Positions 11,701-24,514 of a DNA stretch of 64,000 nucleotides are shown piece after piece. A model generated the notes under the pieces. That model saw only the letters and a program-made list of their open reading frames with translations, was not told the origin of the DNA and ran no database searches. Made by a program: the position numbers and the translations under genes. The stretch spans positions 434,001-498,000 of the forward strand of contig NW_026781872.1 of the NCBI RefSeq assembly GCF_031769215.1, given 5' to 3'. Position 1 is the first letter of the stretch. Each line of letters opens with the position of its first letter. Origin of the DNA: Ylistrum balloti. Lineage: Eukaryota.

Positions 11701-14700
11701 TCAAGAATTTTGCTTTTTATAGTGTCTTTAACATGTTTCTTTTTTGTCGTTACATATGAATGTTCTAGTGTGATTTATCTTTCATAATTTACTGTTTCTG
11801 TGTAATAGCAAAACTATTTAATTATTTTGTGCTTTTAAGGTTTCTTATTAAGCCTCAAGTTGATGGTAACTTGCCGTAAACAAAAGAATATATTCTGTTT
11901 ATAAAATTTGTTGACATATTTACATTTAAAGGCTTCTCCAACACAATGAAAACATCACACAGAGCATTATTTGATCGTCATTAAGTACGGTGAAATAAAA
12001 TATTTTAAGTATTTTAATTTTTTCGTTGCGACATAAATTTCGATATTTGCATTGTCATGGCATTTGCCAACAGAGGTTATTACATCCTCTCTCCAAGATT
12101 TACATGACAGATAGGATGTCTGCAGATAAGGTGTCCAGTAGCTTTATCCTGGTGTGCAAACGTTATTACATTTCCTGTTTACAAAAAGAACTAGGTTTGT
12201 TTGATAACGAAAGAAACCCCACCTTTACATCATGCAATCTTTTAAAAAGTAGAAACACTAGCTAATCATGCTTCGGGAGTTTGTTTATACATTATATGGA
12301 AACGAACCTCATCCATTTATACTGGATCCATAAATCTCACAAGAATCCATATAAACAAGGTTTTATCGCTGGCCCGTCTAGCTGTTCAACCAAACCTTTG
12401 TCAGAACTACCAATCACCATTCTAAGTACTATCAAGTCTGTATTACAGTGTCATTGGGATTTTGTTTACTCAAGGAAAGGAATTGATAATATGTGGATTT
12501 TGAGGAATTCCAAAGAAGTTTTTGAACAATCTTCATCACCCTATTCCAAATACATTTATGGTATTCGAGCATTTGATTGTTTCACCCAGTACACCACCAT
12601 ACCCTATTCTAAACTTAAGGACAAAATCATTAGTTATCTTGTTATATCCTTCTCCACTAAAGGAGATTGACGGTAAAATATATAGTTGAGAACTATACTG
12701 AAGTGTATTTCGTAAAACAAATACGTCAAAATCAAACAAAAATAAATACACGAAGAACGAAATCATAAAAAAATGATCGAGATTTTGTTTGAAACCATCC
12801 TCGTCGAATGTGGTGGTAAAACCTATTGGGAACTAACTGCTCCTTTTTGTAGACCAACTTGTTTTTGTTTTCATACGAGGCTGAAGTTATTGAAGAGCAT
12901 ATAAAATATGTCACAAAGAGTTTAATTACTCTTTCAAATCAATTGATGACGTCTTGACTTTAAATAACAAGAAACGTATTGACCAAAGCTTTATGATAAA
13001 TGTAATGATTTCAATTTCCCTAATGTGAATTGCCCATTTCTGGATAGTAACTCCCTTCATTCCCAACCTGTGGTATTAACAAGTCATAGTTGATTCAATA
13101 TTGAAGTGACTGTTCCCATTTTCGCGATGGTCGTGCAAGAAGTCGACAACTGACGGACAAACACGTAACACCGGGTTTCAAAAGACGTATTCGTTATAGT
13201 GATATCATTGGGAAACATGCTATTTCTTTGTGTGATTTGAAGTATAACGTCTATGTTGATCGTTACTTTGCCAGCTGGTTCTATTGTTGTATATCTTGCT
13301 CTCATTTGAGAACGTGACATTACTTACATGGAACGACCAAGGTTTGTATTGCTGGTTTCGTCGATGAAGCAGATGAAGCTTACTCTTCAGGAACACAGGG
13401 TCTTATTATCCTAGTACTTTTGCAGGAATATCGGTGCAAATAATTATTTTGTTCATTTTTGTGACCCAGTGGCATGGAATTTGAGTTTGGATTATGATTA
13501 GGTTGACATGTTGGTATTTTCATTATCTTTTTTACATAATACATAATGTTTTTATATCAGATGATTCCAACTACACGCATGAACCTGTCTTTATCCTTTT
13601 CAGAGTGTTCTGCCCGATACTGTTGTTCGTGGAGGAGAGTTTTCTTATTACATATTATTGAGAAACAATGGATATGCGGCACCTGCCAAAGATATGAACG
13701 TGTACCTTGTTCTCATGTCGTAAGTTTTTTTATATCTGCATCATTTAGTTTGGTTGTTAGCTTACTGCCCTATTTGTTCTAGTATAATAAACATTCGTTT
13801 GTTATTTGCCTGTACATTTTCAATGTTCGATAATATTTACCTTAATGAGCCTATGATGTAATAAAGATGATTCGTTTTAAGGTCCACAAACGGTATCTAC
13901 AAGGTTCCCCTAGAAACTAACACTCGATTGTGGATACCAAACAAAGACATTGTTCTCCGAGGAAGCGTCGAGGTTCCCCGCTCAGTAACCCCCGCCTCTT
14001 ACCAGGTACGAACAAACTATCGCTTCTGATTGACTTCCAATTCATTTTGTATATAAAAAGTCTACATCTGTCTATTCAAGACGGATTTCTATTTATTTCT
14101 TCATTATTTTATCTTCATTTAAAATGTGTAGATTTCCGTCTTTCTTTTATTATTTCAATATGAAAATATGAAAAAAATTGTCAAATATTATATCACCTTC
14201 TACCATTTTGACATGTTTAGCAAAATGCAATTTTCAATTCCTTGTAGTTGTATCCGTCTTAAATACCGGCATTCTATGGGCTGATGTACCCAGCAAACAA
14301 CAAACAAGACAAGTATTGTGAAATTTTTATTGTAGATGTGGATGGCTATTGGTGACAAACAACTAACTGAGGAGTCCGACTACTACGTCCTCTTGGCCAA
14401 CAATATGGTTCCATCTCCAGACATGGGTCTTAACAATCTGACTCATCCCATCACCGTATGTATGACAAAGAATTCAGATTATGGTGTGTTTGATAGGCTC
14501 GATCGTTGAATGGAACGCATATGTTTTTGTACTATTTATAATGAAGTATATTTACGAAATGAAACATTGAATACACACAAGTATACGAGGAAATCTTCGC
14601 CGAGAGGTTTGCCCTCTTCGCAGCAAATTTAGAACTCCTCATTTTTGTCCAGTATTGAACTTACCCTGTAAAGTAAATACACTTTAAAGTCACATATAAT

Positions 14701-17700
14701 CCCATTATATTTTAGCGTATCTCACTAGAGACAGCAAACTAGCGTAGTCATTTTCACAAAATATCTTATGAACAGAAAATATGAATTGAATCAGATATTT
14801 AATTGCTTTGATGCGTTTTCACAGACACAACCCAAGGCATTCGTCCTCCTAAAATTATATTTGTGAGAATGCTAAACCCCAGATTAAGAAAAGCATAGTT
14901 ATTCTCTTATTTGCAATATCTCCTATAGGTGGTAGAGGGAACGCCAGTGGTAACTTCAAATTGTCCATCCTTCGAGCCATGGAATCCACCACAGTTCGCT
15001 CGTCACCCTAGAATCTTGGGTAAGTTACGATGAATGGAACCCCAGAAATTGTATTGTTAACAAAATATCTATTATTGTTTTTATATCTTGTATGGATTTA
15101 TTACAATTGTCTATTGACGCAAACGATTATTACACGTTCTGGCCACGAATATGCTTCAAGAGCGAAAAGATGTTCAGGTTTAGATAAAAGTTTAGATAAG
15201 GGAAAAGCGGCAATAACTCAGATTAAAACAATACAATCTTATTATTCATGAAATGGTGTCAGCTTGGTGTGACAATGATATAGAGTAATTTTATTAACCG
15301 TGCTAAAGAATCAATACAGAGTACATTCTGACACGGAACAATATCAAACATGCCTTATTTAAACATATACCTGATCTATCAAGTGTCCTTAGATTGCAAA
15401 TAAACTTTCCACTATGACATGTGCGAATTTTTTCATATGGTTGAATAAATTTCAAGTTATTTGAATATTGCAAAAATCTGTGTCTTTATTTTGTTTGCAA
15501 TAATCGACAACGGTTATATCTTAATTCAAATGTCTTAATATTGAAAATGAAGGATTAAATCGTAATGGAATAGCAGCAGTTTAACAGCTGTAAAGTTGTA
15601 AAAAGCTGATGAGATAAATCCATCCTTAATCGGTGCTTAAACATTATTACATGACCATTTTTATATCACTTCCCTTATCAGTCCGAGAGTCCTAAGTAGG
15701 GATGTTATATCAAAATGGTCATATAATCATCTTTTTATCAAATATTCGTTATCTTTAAAATAAACAAACCACACAAATCAATTTTTTCTTAACTCAACAT
15801 TACAACAGCGATGACACACTATTTACTGATATTCATAGATACATATACTGAGCTGTTTACGTTCGCAGACGACAGATGCGTTTATCACTCATAAGGGAAA
15901 CCAATCCGTAAACGGCACCATTCCGAAATTTAAGTTGGGATCTAAAAAACTTTTATAGGAAACAATTTTAAAAAACGTATTTCTTCCAGGCCAATAATAT
16001 TTATGTTCAAATCAGACAGCTATAAGAGGAAGCGGCAAAATACACAAATTTGAGAGTGGGTGTGATATCACCCGGATAGGTATCAACTTGTGGGAATGCA
16101 CATTTATCACGCATTGTGTTAAAAGTGTTAAAACTATATACGATAATGTTTCAGTATCGCATATAGTTGATAAAATATCACTTACATATGATATCTTTTC
16201 ACTGTTATCAGGTAATGATATTCTTTGATGTGACATTACATGCTCTCTCATTTTTGGGAATCTACAGAAGTAATATAATAGTGATAGTTTTCTGTTCATG
16301 TTTAGTTTTGTTGTGCGGTTCTGAATTTTTTGCAGTTGTGCCTTCATCTAGTACATACTGTTAAGGAAAAAACTATGAAACTTCATTCCAGAAAGCAACG
16401 CTTGTTTGAAAACGAGAGTATTAAATCACGATTTCGAAGACTCAACCTCGTGGTCAGGACTTTGGAACGGTTTCCACTACCGTCAAGACGCCGCGCAAGC
16501 TTACAGTGGAAGCGGGTATATCGAGGTGGTAGACACACCTGAGGGAGGTGGTTCCTACCAAGCATTTACCTTCTTTGACAAACCGACAGTTAAGTACGTA
16601 TACTTGATATAACATCATTTGTTTTATTCTTCTTGCACTGTATCATGGATCTTAGTCAAATTCTTCCTTTTCATATTTTGTCCTAGTTTCATTAAATCCG
16701 TGTTTGAATAAATATTTCATCGATTTTTTTAAAAAAAATTTCCTGGTCAATCCCCTTTTTATTCATACTCCATAGAGTGTTGTTTGGGGGATTTTTTGTT
16801 TGATTGTTTGGTTTGGTTTTATTTTTGTATTTTGGTCTTTGTTCGACCTTTCAGTCGTTGAAAACAGAACAACACAATCACATCTGGGATGCTGAAACCG
16901 TGATATCGAAATAAAGGGTCATTTGAAATGAAACAACTTTATGCTTATACAAAAGACCCAATTTTTAAGGATACAAATATATCACCACTTTCTCCATACA
17001 ACATTGTTTCCGAGCAGATACTAGAATACCGTATTAGAAATCAGCCCGGTATGAGTAATTGTAGAAAATAAATTCCAAATAAAATAAGAACGTGAGGTCA
17101 CTAATGTTTCAAAATTTAAATCTTCATTTCATGGTTTAGCAGTGACAAAGAGAATTTTTAAAAAATCAATAAGAAGTCAGATTTAGATACTGTAAAGCCA
17201 AACAAGGAATTCATAGTAATCATACAACTATTTCATTCTCTGAGGACTCATTGGTGACGCTAAAGACCTTAATCCGGGGGGAACTGCGAAAAATAAAAGA
17301 AAATGCTATGGCTCCAACAATCAAGTTGATCATTTTAGTAGACGAAATGTCGAGTCTTGTCGGTCAATTTTAGAGTATTTCCAATACTGTGTTGTTGATC
17401 ACTTCAATAGGTTAGTTTTTTATTGTAAACCTAGCACTTGAACATTTCATTAATACTGTGTTTTACTTGTCCACAAATGTTGCAATAAGAAAAATAATGA
17501 CATATTGATTGCATTATAAGTTGGGATCGGACTTGAATGTCTTTATATTATGTTTGAATTGTATGTTTTCATTATCAACGAGTATTAGAAATCCCCTGCG
17601 TGAATGTTGGAAATGTTGGCTGGTTAAATCATTATTAGAAATGTGTTAGAAATATTATTGCGTAAAATATTGGAAATGATAGATGTTTTATTGGCATCGT

Positions 17701-19134
17701 ATATGATTCAATATTCGTTAAAATATTACATAACATTTGATTCTATCTTTGAAATGAAATTTCGAATATGTACTAAAATCCACATGTTTATTCGACTAGT
17801 ATCAATTACCTTTATTTGCAGTCTAACAAGAATGGCAATAAAAGCCTGGGGAAAACATAGCGGATCTGTAGGCATGGGCAGTACCAATTTCAGTTTATAC
17901 TGTGACGTCACGGTAAGCGCGTTTTACAACTTTACAACACGAGTCATTGTCTGCTTTCAAATAAATAATCATAATTGTGCTTCCATTTATAAAGAACCTC
18001 GGATTTTCGTGATTTTATTTAATCCACGATGATAAAATTTGACACATCGAAAAGAATAACAATAATCTACTAAGTGTATGTAAACTATATTGATGATAAT
18101 GAGTTTGTAATCCGCCATCAAAAACGTTCATTTGAAGTGATTTCTGTCATAATGTCTGACATTTAAAATATCAATCAAAAAGATCATATACCTCATTTTT
18201 GTCATTGGTTTGATAATGTAAATGTCATTAATTTATCATTCTATTGTAATGTAATAATGTGTAAAACGTTGTAAGTTAACTTCGTCTTTACAGTTACAAG
18301 ACGAATCTGGAACATATGGATTAAACAGGCCATTCTTAGGTGGACAACAGGGAACTACCTGGAACAGTGTTATAGTTACAATTGATCAACCTAAGGTGAT
18401 TATAAACTGTTAAAATACACAGTGATTTCAGATACAAGTTGTAACGCGAATGCTCAATGCTGAGGAAACGGTTATACAATTGGTCATATATATAGGTTAG
18501 ATGTACAAACCCGAAATAATATTATATATATATATTGTGGGAAGAGAGTTTAAGTTTAGTAATGGTTTTGTTAGGTTGGAAGAATTTTTACCGAATTTTC
18601 TTTTATCTTATTTTTATTTTATTTGGTTTTATAGAGGAAAGACGGGATTAAGTTATAAAACAACTGGTGTCATAACCCCGGAACAAGACCTAAATAGATG
18701 GCGTATTGGCAAAGCAAAATTCTAGTCATTATTTTATTGGGATGAACGAATGTTGACTTAATGTTTAAATCAGTAATTGTTTCGGGTTCAAATTTGCATA
18801 AATCAGTGGGAACAAGTATTGGAACAGGGATGAGTCTTTGATCAAACAAGTGGGCCAACACAGGTTATATGGCCTGTCTCTCCTTTTGTTTTCTATAACC
18901 TACACATATTACATGCTGAAAAGGATAGTCGTTACAGAATGTATGACATAATGCATTAAGTTTTTGTTTTAGATTGGATTTTTCTTACTGATATTTTTTC
19001 CATTACAGGGAATCCGGGCAGTAACATGTTACCTTCTATACAAGGGATATAATGGAGGTTCAGCATACTTTGACAAGGTGGACGTTTGGCTTCTCTCTGG
19101 AACCACCGGGTTCGAAGAATGTCAATACACATAA
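5730..19134 (+). CDS. Multi-exon DUF4874 + DUF4832 domain protein with C-terminal CBM4/9-like domain (putative glycoside hydrolase); 5' end not located
   Basis: Exons: 5730-5835, 6699-6893, 8476-8596, 9407-9518, 10378-10490, 10771-10915, 11341-11494, 13604-13719, 13882-14005, 14336-14455, 14929-15019, 16392-16593, 17822-17912, 18294-18395, 19009-19134 (TAA). All junctions are AG/GT except one GC donor, phases are compatible, and the joined frame is open for about 638 codons. Motifs recognised from DUF4874/DUF4832 proteins: NPGRGW, TLVHRHYTLEDFKTTPIS..DFATIREAGFMVVLRFSY, HISQLKPL..AVQAGFIGTWGEWYYT, QIQLRAP, GHHNDCFLA..DRGTY..GGETC, LHFTFLSQSYHKAVLSNW..GC..KLGY, LRNNGYAAP, TRLWIP, VLLAN..GLNNL. 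The family call is from recalled motifs, not a database search. Confidence 0.85.
10914..10921 (+). other. Non-canonical GC 5' splice site (GC-AG intron 10916-11340)
   Basis: CAG|GCAAGA. No GT donor is available in the needed phase 2 before the in-frame stop at 10944-10946, and this junction joins GGETCALDNERG to RHVCSNAEQEL in frame. Confidence 0.75.
12030..13405 (+). mobile_element. Decayed Penelope-like retroelement RT region inside intron 7 of the DUF4874/DUF4832 gene
   Basis: Collinear RT motifs with frameshifts and stops: ADKVSSSFILVCKRYY..LQKELG; LYWIHKSHKNPYKQGFIAGPSSCSTKPLS; NMWILRNSK; IRAFDCFTQYTTIPYSKLK; a PIGTNC-like/SYEAE segment near 12830-12890; FKSIDDVLTLNN (catalytic DD near 12945); YDKCNDFNFPNVNCPFLDS. 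The shared 3' motif follows at 13310-13403. Confidence 0.88.
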
Positions 19135-20431
19135 ACACAAATAATGTTTTGATTCTATTAAAACCTGAAGATAAAATCTATAGAATATTACATTTGCCAT
19201 CCAAATACGGAGCAATGAAACATCTTAATTCTGAAATTCTTGATGTCACGCCCGCATCATTTTGAGTATGTCTATAAGATACTATTTTTGTACATTAATT
19301 CTTATGTTTTCAGATCACATAATGTTATCAGGTTGACTGTAAGATCATTATACCTATACATATGTTGTTTAAATTAAACAGAAACACAAATTATAGATGG
19401 TTTTCAAGCAGTTTTCATTATTTGTATGGATAAACAAACCTGCTCCAACACTCTAAAACGTTGTTGGCATTCCCTTCATATGATATGTCTATAAAAAAGG
19501 TGGATAGTGTCTGCAACGAGATCGTCTCTTTAATTATTTACATTGTTTCAATCCGTCATTCATATGATAACCCTTACTTTGTTCAATAAGAAAACTTTAT
19601 ACCCTTATTTTCTATAGAAGTATTCATGCAAAAACGGGTTCAATATATGTTTTAATTGTTCAAACAAATGGCAAATATGTTGATTAAAAACGACAATGTA
19701 CAGTTGTAGCGTACTCTAAAATATGTAACGTAAATATGACGTCACTTAAAAAAACTTGCGTCGGTAGAGAAACCGAAGAATTATACAGGTTGGTCATGGA
19801 GTATAAATTCATGGCATATTCATGTTCATTTCAATCAATACCACGTAAATTTGTATTGTAATAAATAAAGGTCTGTTTTACCATTTCAAAGCGTTATTTC
19901 TTTTATGAAGTAAAACAGTTTAGATCTTTTATCACGATGTTTAACCCTATATAATTCATTTTGGCATTAGCTTATACTGTGATAATTATATGTCGGTCGC
20001 TCGTAATTTACGTAATATTTTAGTACTGTAGGTCACAAGTTATACTATACAAACACCACAGTGCACTACATGGTTCGGTAGAAATGTAATGCAATCAGTC
20101 TCAGGATGTTTCCTATTATTATTTCATAACTAAAATACTTCATACATTAGAATTTAAGGAGACATGTTACCTATTTTGTTTTTCTAATTCTGCAAAATGT
20201 AAACGAAAGCAGCTCACATATTAGCAAAAGACTGGAACATATTGTCAGTGTTTTTTATATACCATAGTCTAGCACCTGATCGATTGTGCGATGTTTTTTC
20301 CCTTATGTTAAAAGCCCTGTCTACAGCATATTATGAGTAATTAATCTTTTTTGTACCTATTACAAACATGTATTGACTCAACCTTTTACTTTCACACAGG
20401 AAAATATTTATATTTGCATTAATATATAGAT

Positions 20432-20630
20432 ACAAACATGCATGCATGCACCCTCATATACATGCATGCAAACACACATACATATTCACGTACATACATG
20501 TACATACTCACATGCCTACTTACACACATACATACCCACACTTATTTATACATATATATACACAAACACACATACAGAAGTATACAATTAAATATAGAAC
20601 ACATATTAGTTACATATTGAGAGTATAATT
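20432..20630. repeat. Degenerate (CA/TA)n microsatellite
   Basis: ACACACATACATATTCACGTACATACATG-type low-complexity tract. Confidence 0.8.
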
Positions 20631-21599
20631 ATGATACAAAGAAACATGCATAAAAACTTTATATATACACACAAACATATGCACATGTGCACGCATGAAT
20701 TGACCGAGGTACATAAGAAAGCACGCATGCTTATACATTTGAACAGACAGTAATATACCTTCATACCATATAACCCTATTTATTTAGAGTACATGCTGGT
20801 AAATTCAAATTCTTCGCACCTTACTTATAGGATACATATAAATATATACATATATTTAAGTTGTAATTGCTAAAAAACATAAGTAGAATACATTTTGTTT
20901 GCATATCAATGTACTGATACCTTGTTCCACTGCCAATGTTTTGCCTAGAATCTTATTTATTTATTGTGTCATATGAAAAAAGAAAAAAAAAAGATATGTT
21001 GAGGTTTCACAGTTTAGATATTTATCCGATAGACAGTCACTGTTTTCAGCTATGGTTTCATCTTGACTCATAGAGGATATTCTGTAATATTATTGACTTT
21101 ATACTTTCTTATATTTTCTAAATGCTATTTCATCATGTATTTATCAGTAATTTGAATTTTAAGATAGATTTCGCTGAAGACTGTAGCAGAAGACGGAGAG
21201 AAAGGAGACAATGTCTCTGTTGGATCCCAATTCTGTGTACAACTCGCACAAAATAACCCAGGGTAGTATAATATATGCTCGATCTAATGGCAGATGGAAA
21301 CACTATGTTTTTAAATGAATAGAAATGAAACAACAAAATAACTCTTCTAATAAAACCGTGTTAAATGTTTTGATGCCGCTAAATAAGAAATTCTTAGGCT
21401 TTCTCATTTCAAACGAAATAAAACAAAAAATGATAACTGAAAAAATATTAACAAGGACATCAGCGAAATGCTGAAAGGACAAATGTCAAAACCTCTTACA
21501 GCAAAAAAATCGAAACACCTTTCAGGGAAATGTAATCAAAATACCTTTGAAAGATATCTGTTGAATACAAAAAGAGTGGATTTCCGGACCAGTTCAAGA

Positions 21600-22220
21600 A
21601 ATTGAAAAAATGAGGCACTTTCCAAAAAGCTGTGTCCCTTTGTTATCAAAGAGCTGATCAAAATGGGTCATAAAGGCCTTCCAAAGTCGTTTAACTTCAC
21701 TTTCAGATATATGATTTCTTAATTCATGAATTGGAAACCTAGAACACAACAGACCCCTCTACATCAGCCGCTTATATCGACCTGTTCCTACATCAACAGC
21801 TGTTTAAGTATGATGATTTCTATTTCCTTATTGTGAATTTTCCATTAGCAACCTCCCTGCATTTCAAATCTACGGTGTTTACATGTCACAGTTGATACAA
21901 TATTCAGGGGCCTGTTAACATTGTCACGATTTTAGTAATGGAAGTCGTCGACTATGGACATACTCGTAACTTAGGGTCCCAAAATATGCAGGTGCAGGTG
22001 AATGTTGTGGGAAATTTTCCGGTCGTTTTAGTGGTATCCTTGAGAAATATACTACAATTCTATACGATATATATAGTGGACATGTGTGATTGTCGTAAGT
22101 TTGCTTGTTGGTTCTGTTGTTGAATACCTTGTTCTCGTTTGATAGCGCGGTATGACTTACTTGGATTGACATGATAGGTGTCGTCGATGAGGACGCTTAC
22201 TTATTCGGGATTCCTTGTCT
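21600..22220 (+). mobile_element. Decayed Penelope-like retroelement 3' remnant between the convergent DUF4874/4832 and GT31 genes
   Basis: KSFNFTFRY, HELET*NTTDPSTSAAYIDL, YDDFYFLIVNFP, YGVYMSQLIQYSGAC, plus the shared 3' motif at 22152-22219. Confidence 0.78.
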
Positions 22221-23961
22221 GTTTTTTAACAATACCTTTTCAGTGGTCTTCGTGTTAATCATAATAATCATGCAGACATGTTGTTATTTTTATGGGTTTT
22301 TGTCGAAACTCCCATTGAAATGTAGCTGAATACATCTGGATTGCTAGTCTTACTATTGAGCTTAAGTAAAGTATTGTAGCTCAATCGGGAGGAAAATGGC
22401 TTGCCAAAGTGAAACGTACAATGACCATTCTATGTTTCTTGACAGGACTTTTAATCCAGCCGTTGAAGCAAACCGTGTAGAATCAATATCCATGAATAAT
22501 ACTTTGAATTACTCGGGTATGGATAGAGTATGTTCAGGACCTGACGTTGAGCCAAGCGGTTCGAGAAGAATGTATAGAAAGCATTTACATAAAGCACTAT
22601 ATCAATAAGATATACTCAGATAAGGACTATGCGTTTCTAGGATATGAACATATATTGCTCAAAGCGTGAAATGTAATTTTTAGATTTTCCGGCCGCAATT
22701 AATTTGTATAACAAGTCAGAAAAAAGACAGAAAAAAACAAAAGAAATCATTCATAGTACATCTTACTAATAAAGTCTTGATTGTCAAACAAGATCATAAG
22801 TCTAGATATCACAATATTTCATATCTAAAAGATTGCCAATACAATTGGGTATATCATCTTTAAGTACCAATAATGTTTATAAGATTACATTTAAATGCAA
22901 AGTTTATAAGGGATATTGAACAGACGTACTTAAACTTTGAAATACAATGTATTTTGAACAAATTGGTTGTTGGTACATGTAAACAATAACACAACGTTTA
23001 GAGAATATTATCTCCTTTGCAACAAATTCACTAACAATGGCATTGTGAAATATATTTTTCTTTATTGAAATTAAACCTGCATTGTTTTCATTCAAATAAG
23101 ATACCAAACAGCCGGCAGTTCTTTTGAAACTAAAACTTTCGTTTCTCACTTTTTAATAAGGGCGAGCCATGGCTATGGACATATCTGGTGACAATTCCGT
23201 TTTTTCAGAACACGTTTCCGCTCTTCAGGCCCAGGTTCTTCTTTGCTTCGATTGACAGATTTCCAATTATCCAACCATTCAAACAATTATTTCACTGTTT
23301 CAGGTATGCATCCCCAAAAATTGACGTTATATATTTAATAATGATTATTATACTTCTTACATAGAAGGCAGCATACTTGCCGTTTACCATGTATTATTTG
23401 TCCAGTATCAAACAACACCTGCCGCGTAATTCATTCATATCAAGCTATCATCTAACAGCCATATTTTACTTGATGTCTTTAGTCATTAATGAATACAGAC
23501 AGGCACAGGTTTAGCGGTTGTTAAGTAAATCAGGTCTCCTTTAAGACGGACACGAATCTTCTGTCAAAACATTCCAACTAAAAAAGCGCTTGAATTATTC
23601 ACTATTTTGGTATGCACACTTATCCATATATATACATAATATGAATATTTTGATATGCCTTTTCGAAATATTTATTTTTGGAAATGATATAACACGAATC
23701 GACATTATCAAAGGTTTGAAATGTCAAACGTTGATTTCGTTGAGTAGAACTCGTCAAACAAAACGTGATCAAACGTTTAACTGATCCTTGGAAATCACAA
23801 ATTCTCTCCGCTCTCCGCTCTACACTGATAACCATAAAACGTGAGTTGCGATGTTTATCGTTTTTTTTCTATTCAAGGAACATTCTTTTTTAAATTTTGT
23901 AATTACTGGAACAATAATATGTTACATATATTTTAAACCTATAGCCGATGGTATCTGGCCT

Positions 23962-24477
23962 ATTTTTTTATCCTTGTCTGTTCATGTATTTACACTGAAA
24001 AGTGTATAATATCTAGAGTGTTTTTTATCCTTGTCTGTTCATGTATTTACAGTGAAAAGTGTATAATATCTAGAGTGTTTTTTATCCTTGTCTGTTCATG
24101 TATTTACACTGAAAAGTGTATAATATCTAGAGTGTTTTTTATCCTTGTCTGTTCATGTATTTACACTGAAAAGTGTATAATATCTAGAATGTTTTTATCC
24201 TTGTCTGTTCATGTATTTACACTGAAAAGTGTATAATATCTAGAGTGTTTTTTATCCTTGTCTGTTCATGTATTTACACTGAAAAGTGTATAATATCTAG
24301 AGTGTTTTTTATCCTTGTCTGTTCATGTATTTACACTGAAAAGTCAATAATATCTAGAGTGTTTTTTATCCTTGTCTGTTCATATATTTACAGTGAAAAG
24401 TCAATAATATCTAGAGTGTTTAGATATTTACATTGAAAAGTCTTTAATATCTAGAGTGTTTTTTTATCCTTGTCTTT
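23962..24477. repeat. 57-bp minisatellite, about 9 copies, starting about 40 bp downstream of the GT31 stop codon
   Basis: Unit GTGTTTTTTATCCTTGTCTGTTCATGTATTTACACTGAAAAGTGTATAATATCTAGA. Confidence 0.95.
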
Positions 24478-24514
24478 TAAGTACACTTAAAAGAAACACA
24501 TGAACGGTTTTGTT

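Noticed and set aside
5730-19134. Bacterial contamination as the source of the DUF4874/DUF4832 sequence
   Set aside because: The coding sequence is split by 14 spliceosomal introns containing host-type repeats and is contiguous with animal genes.
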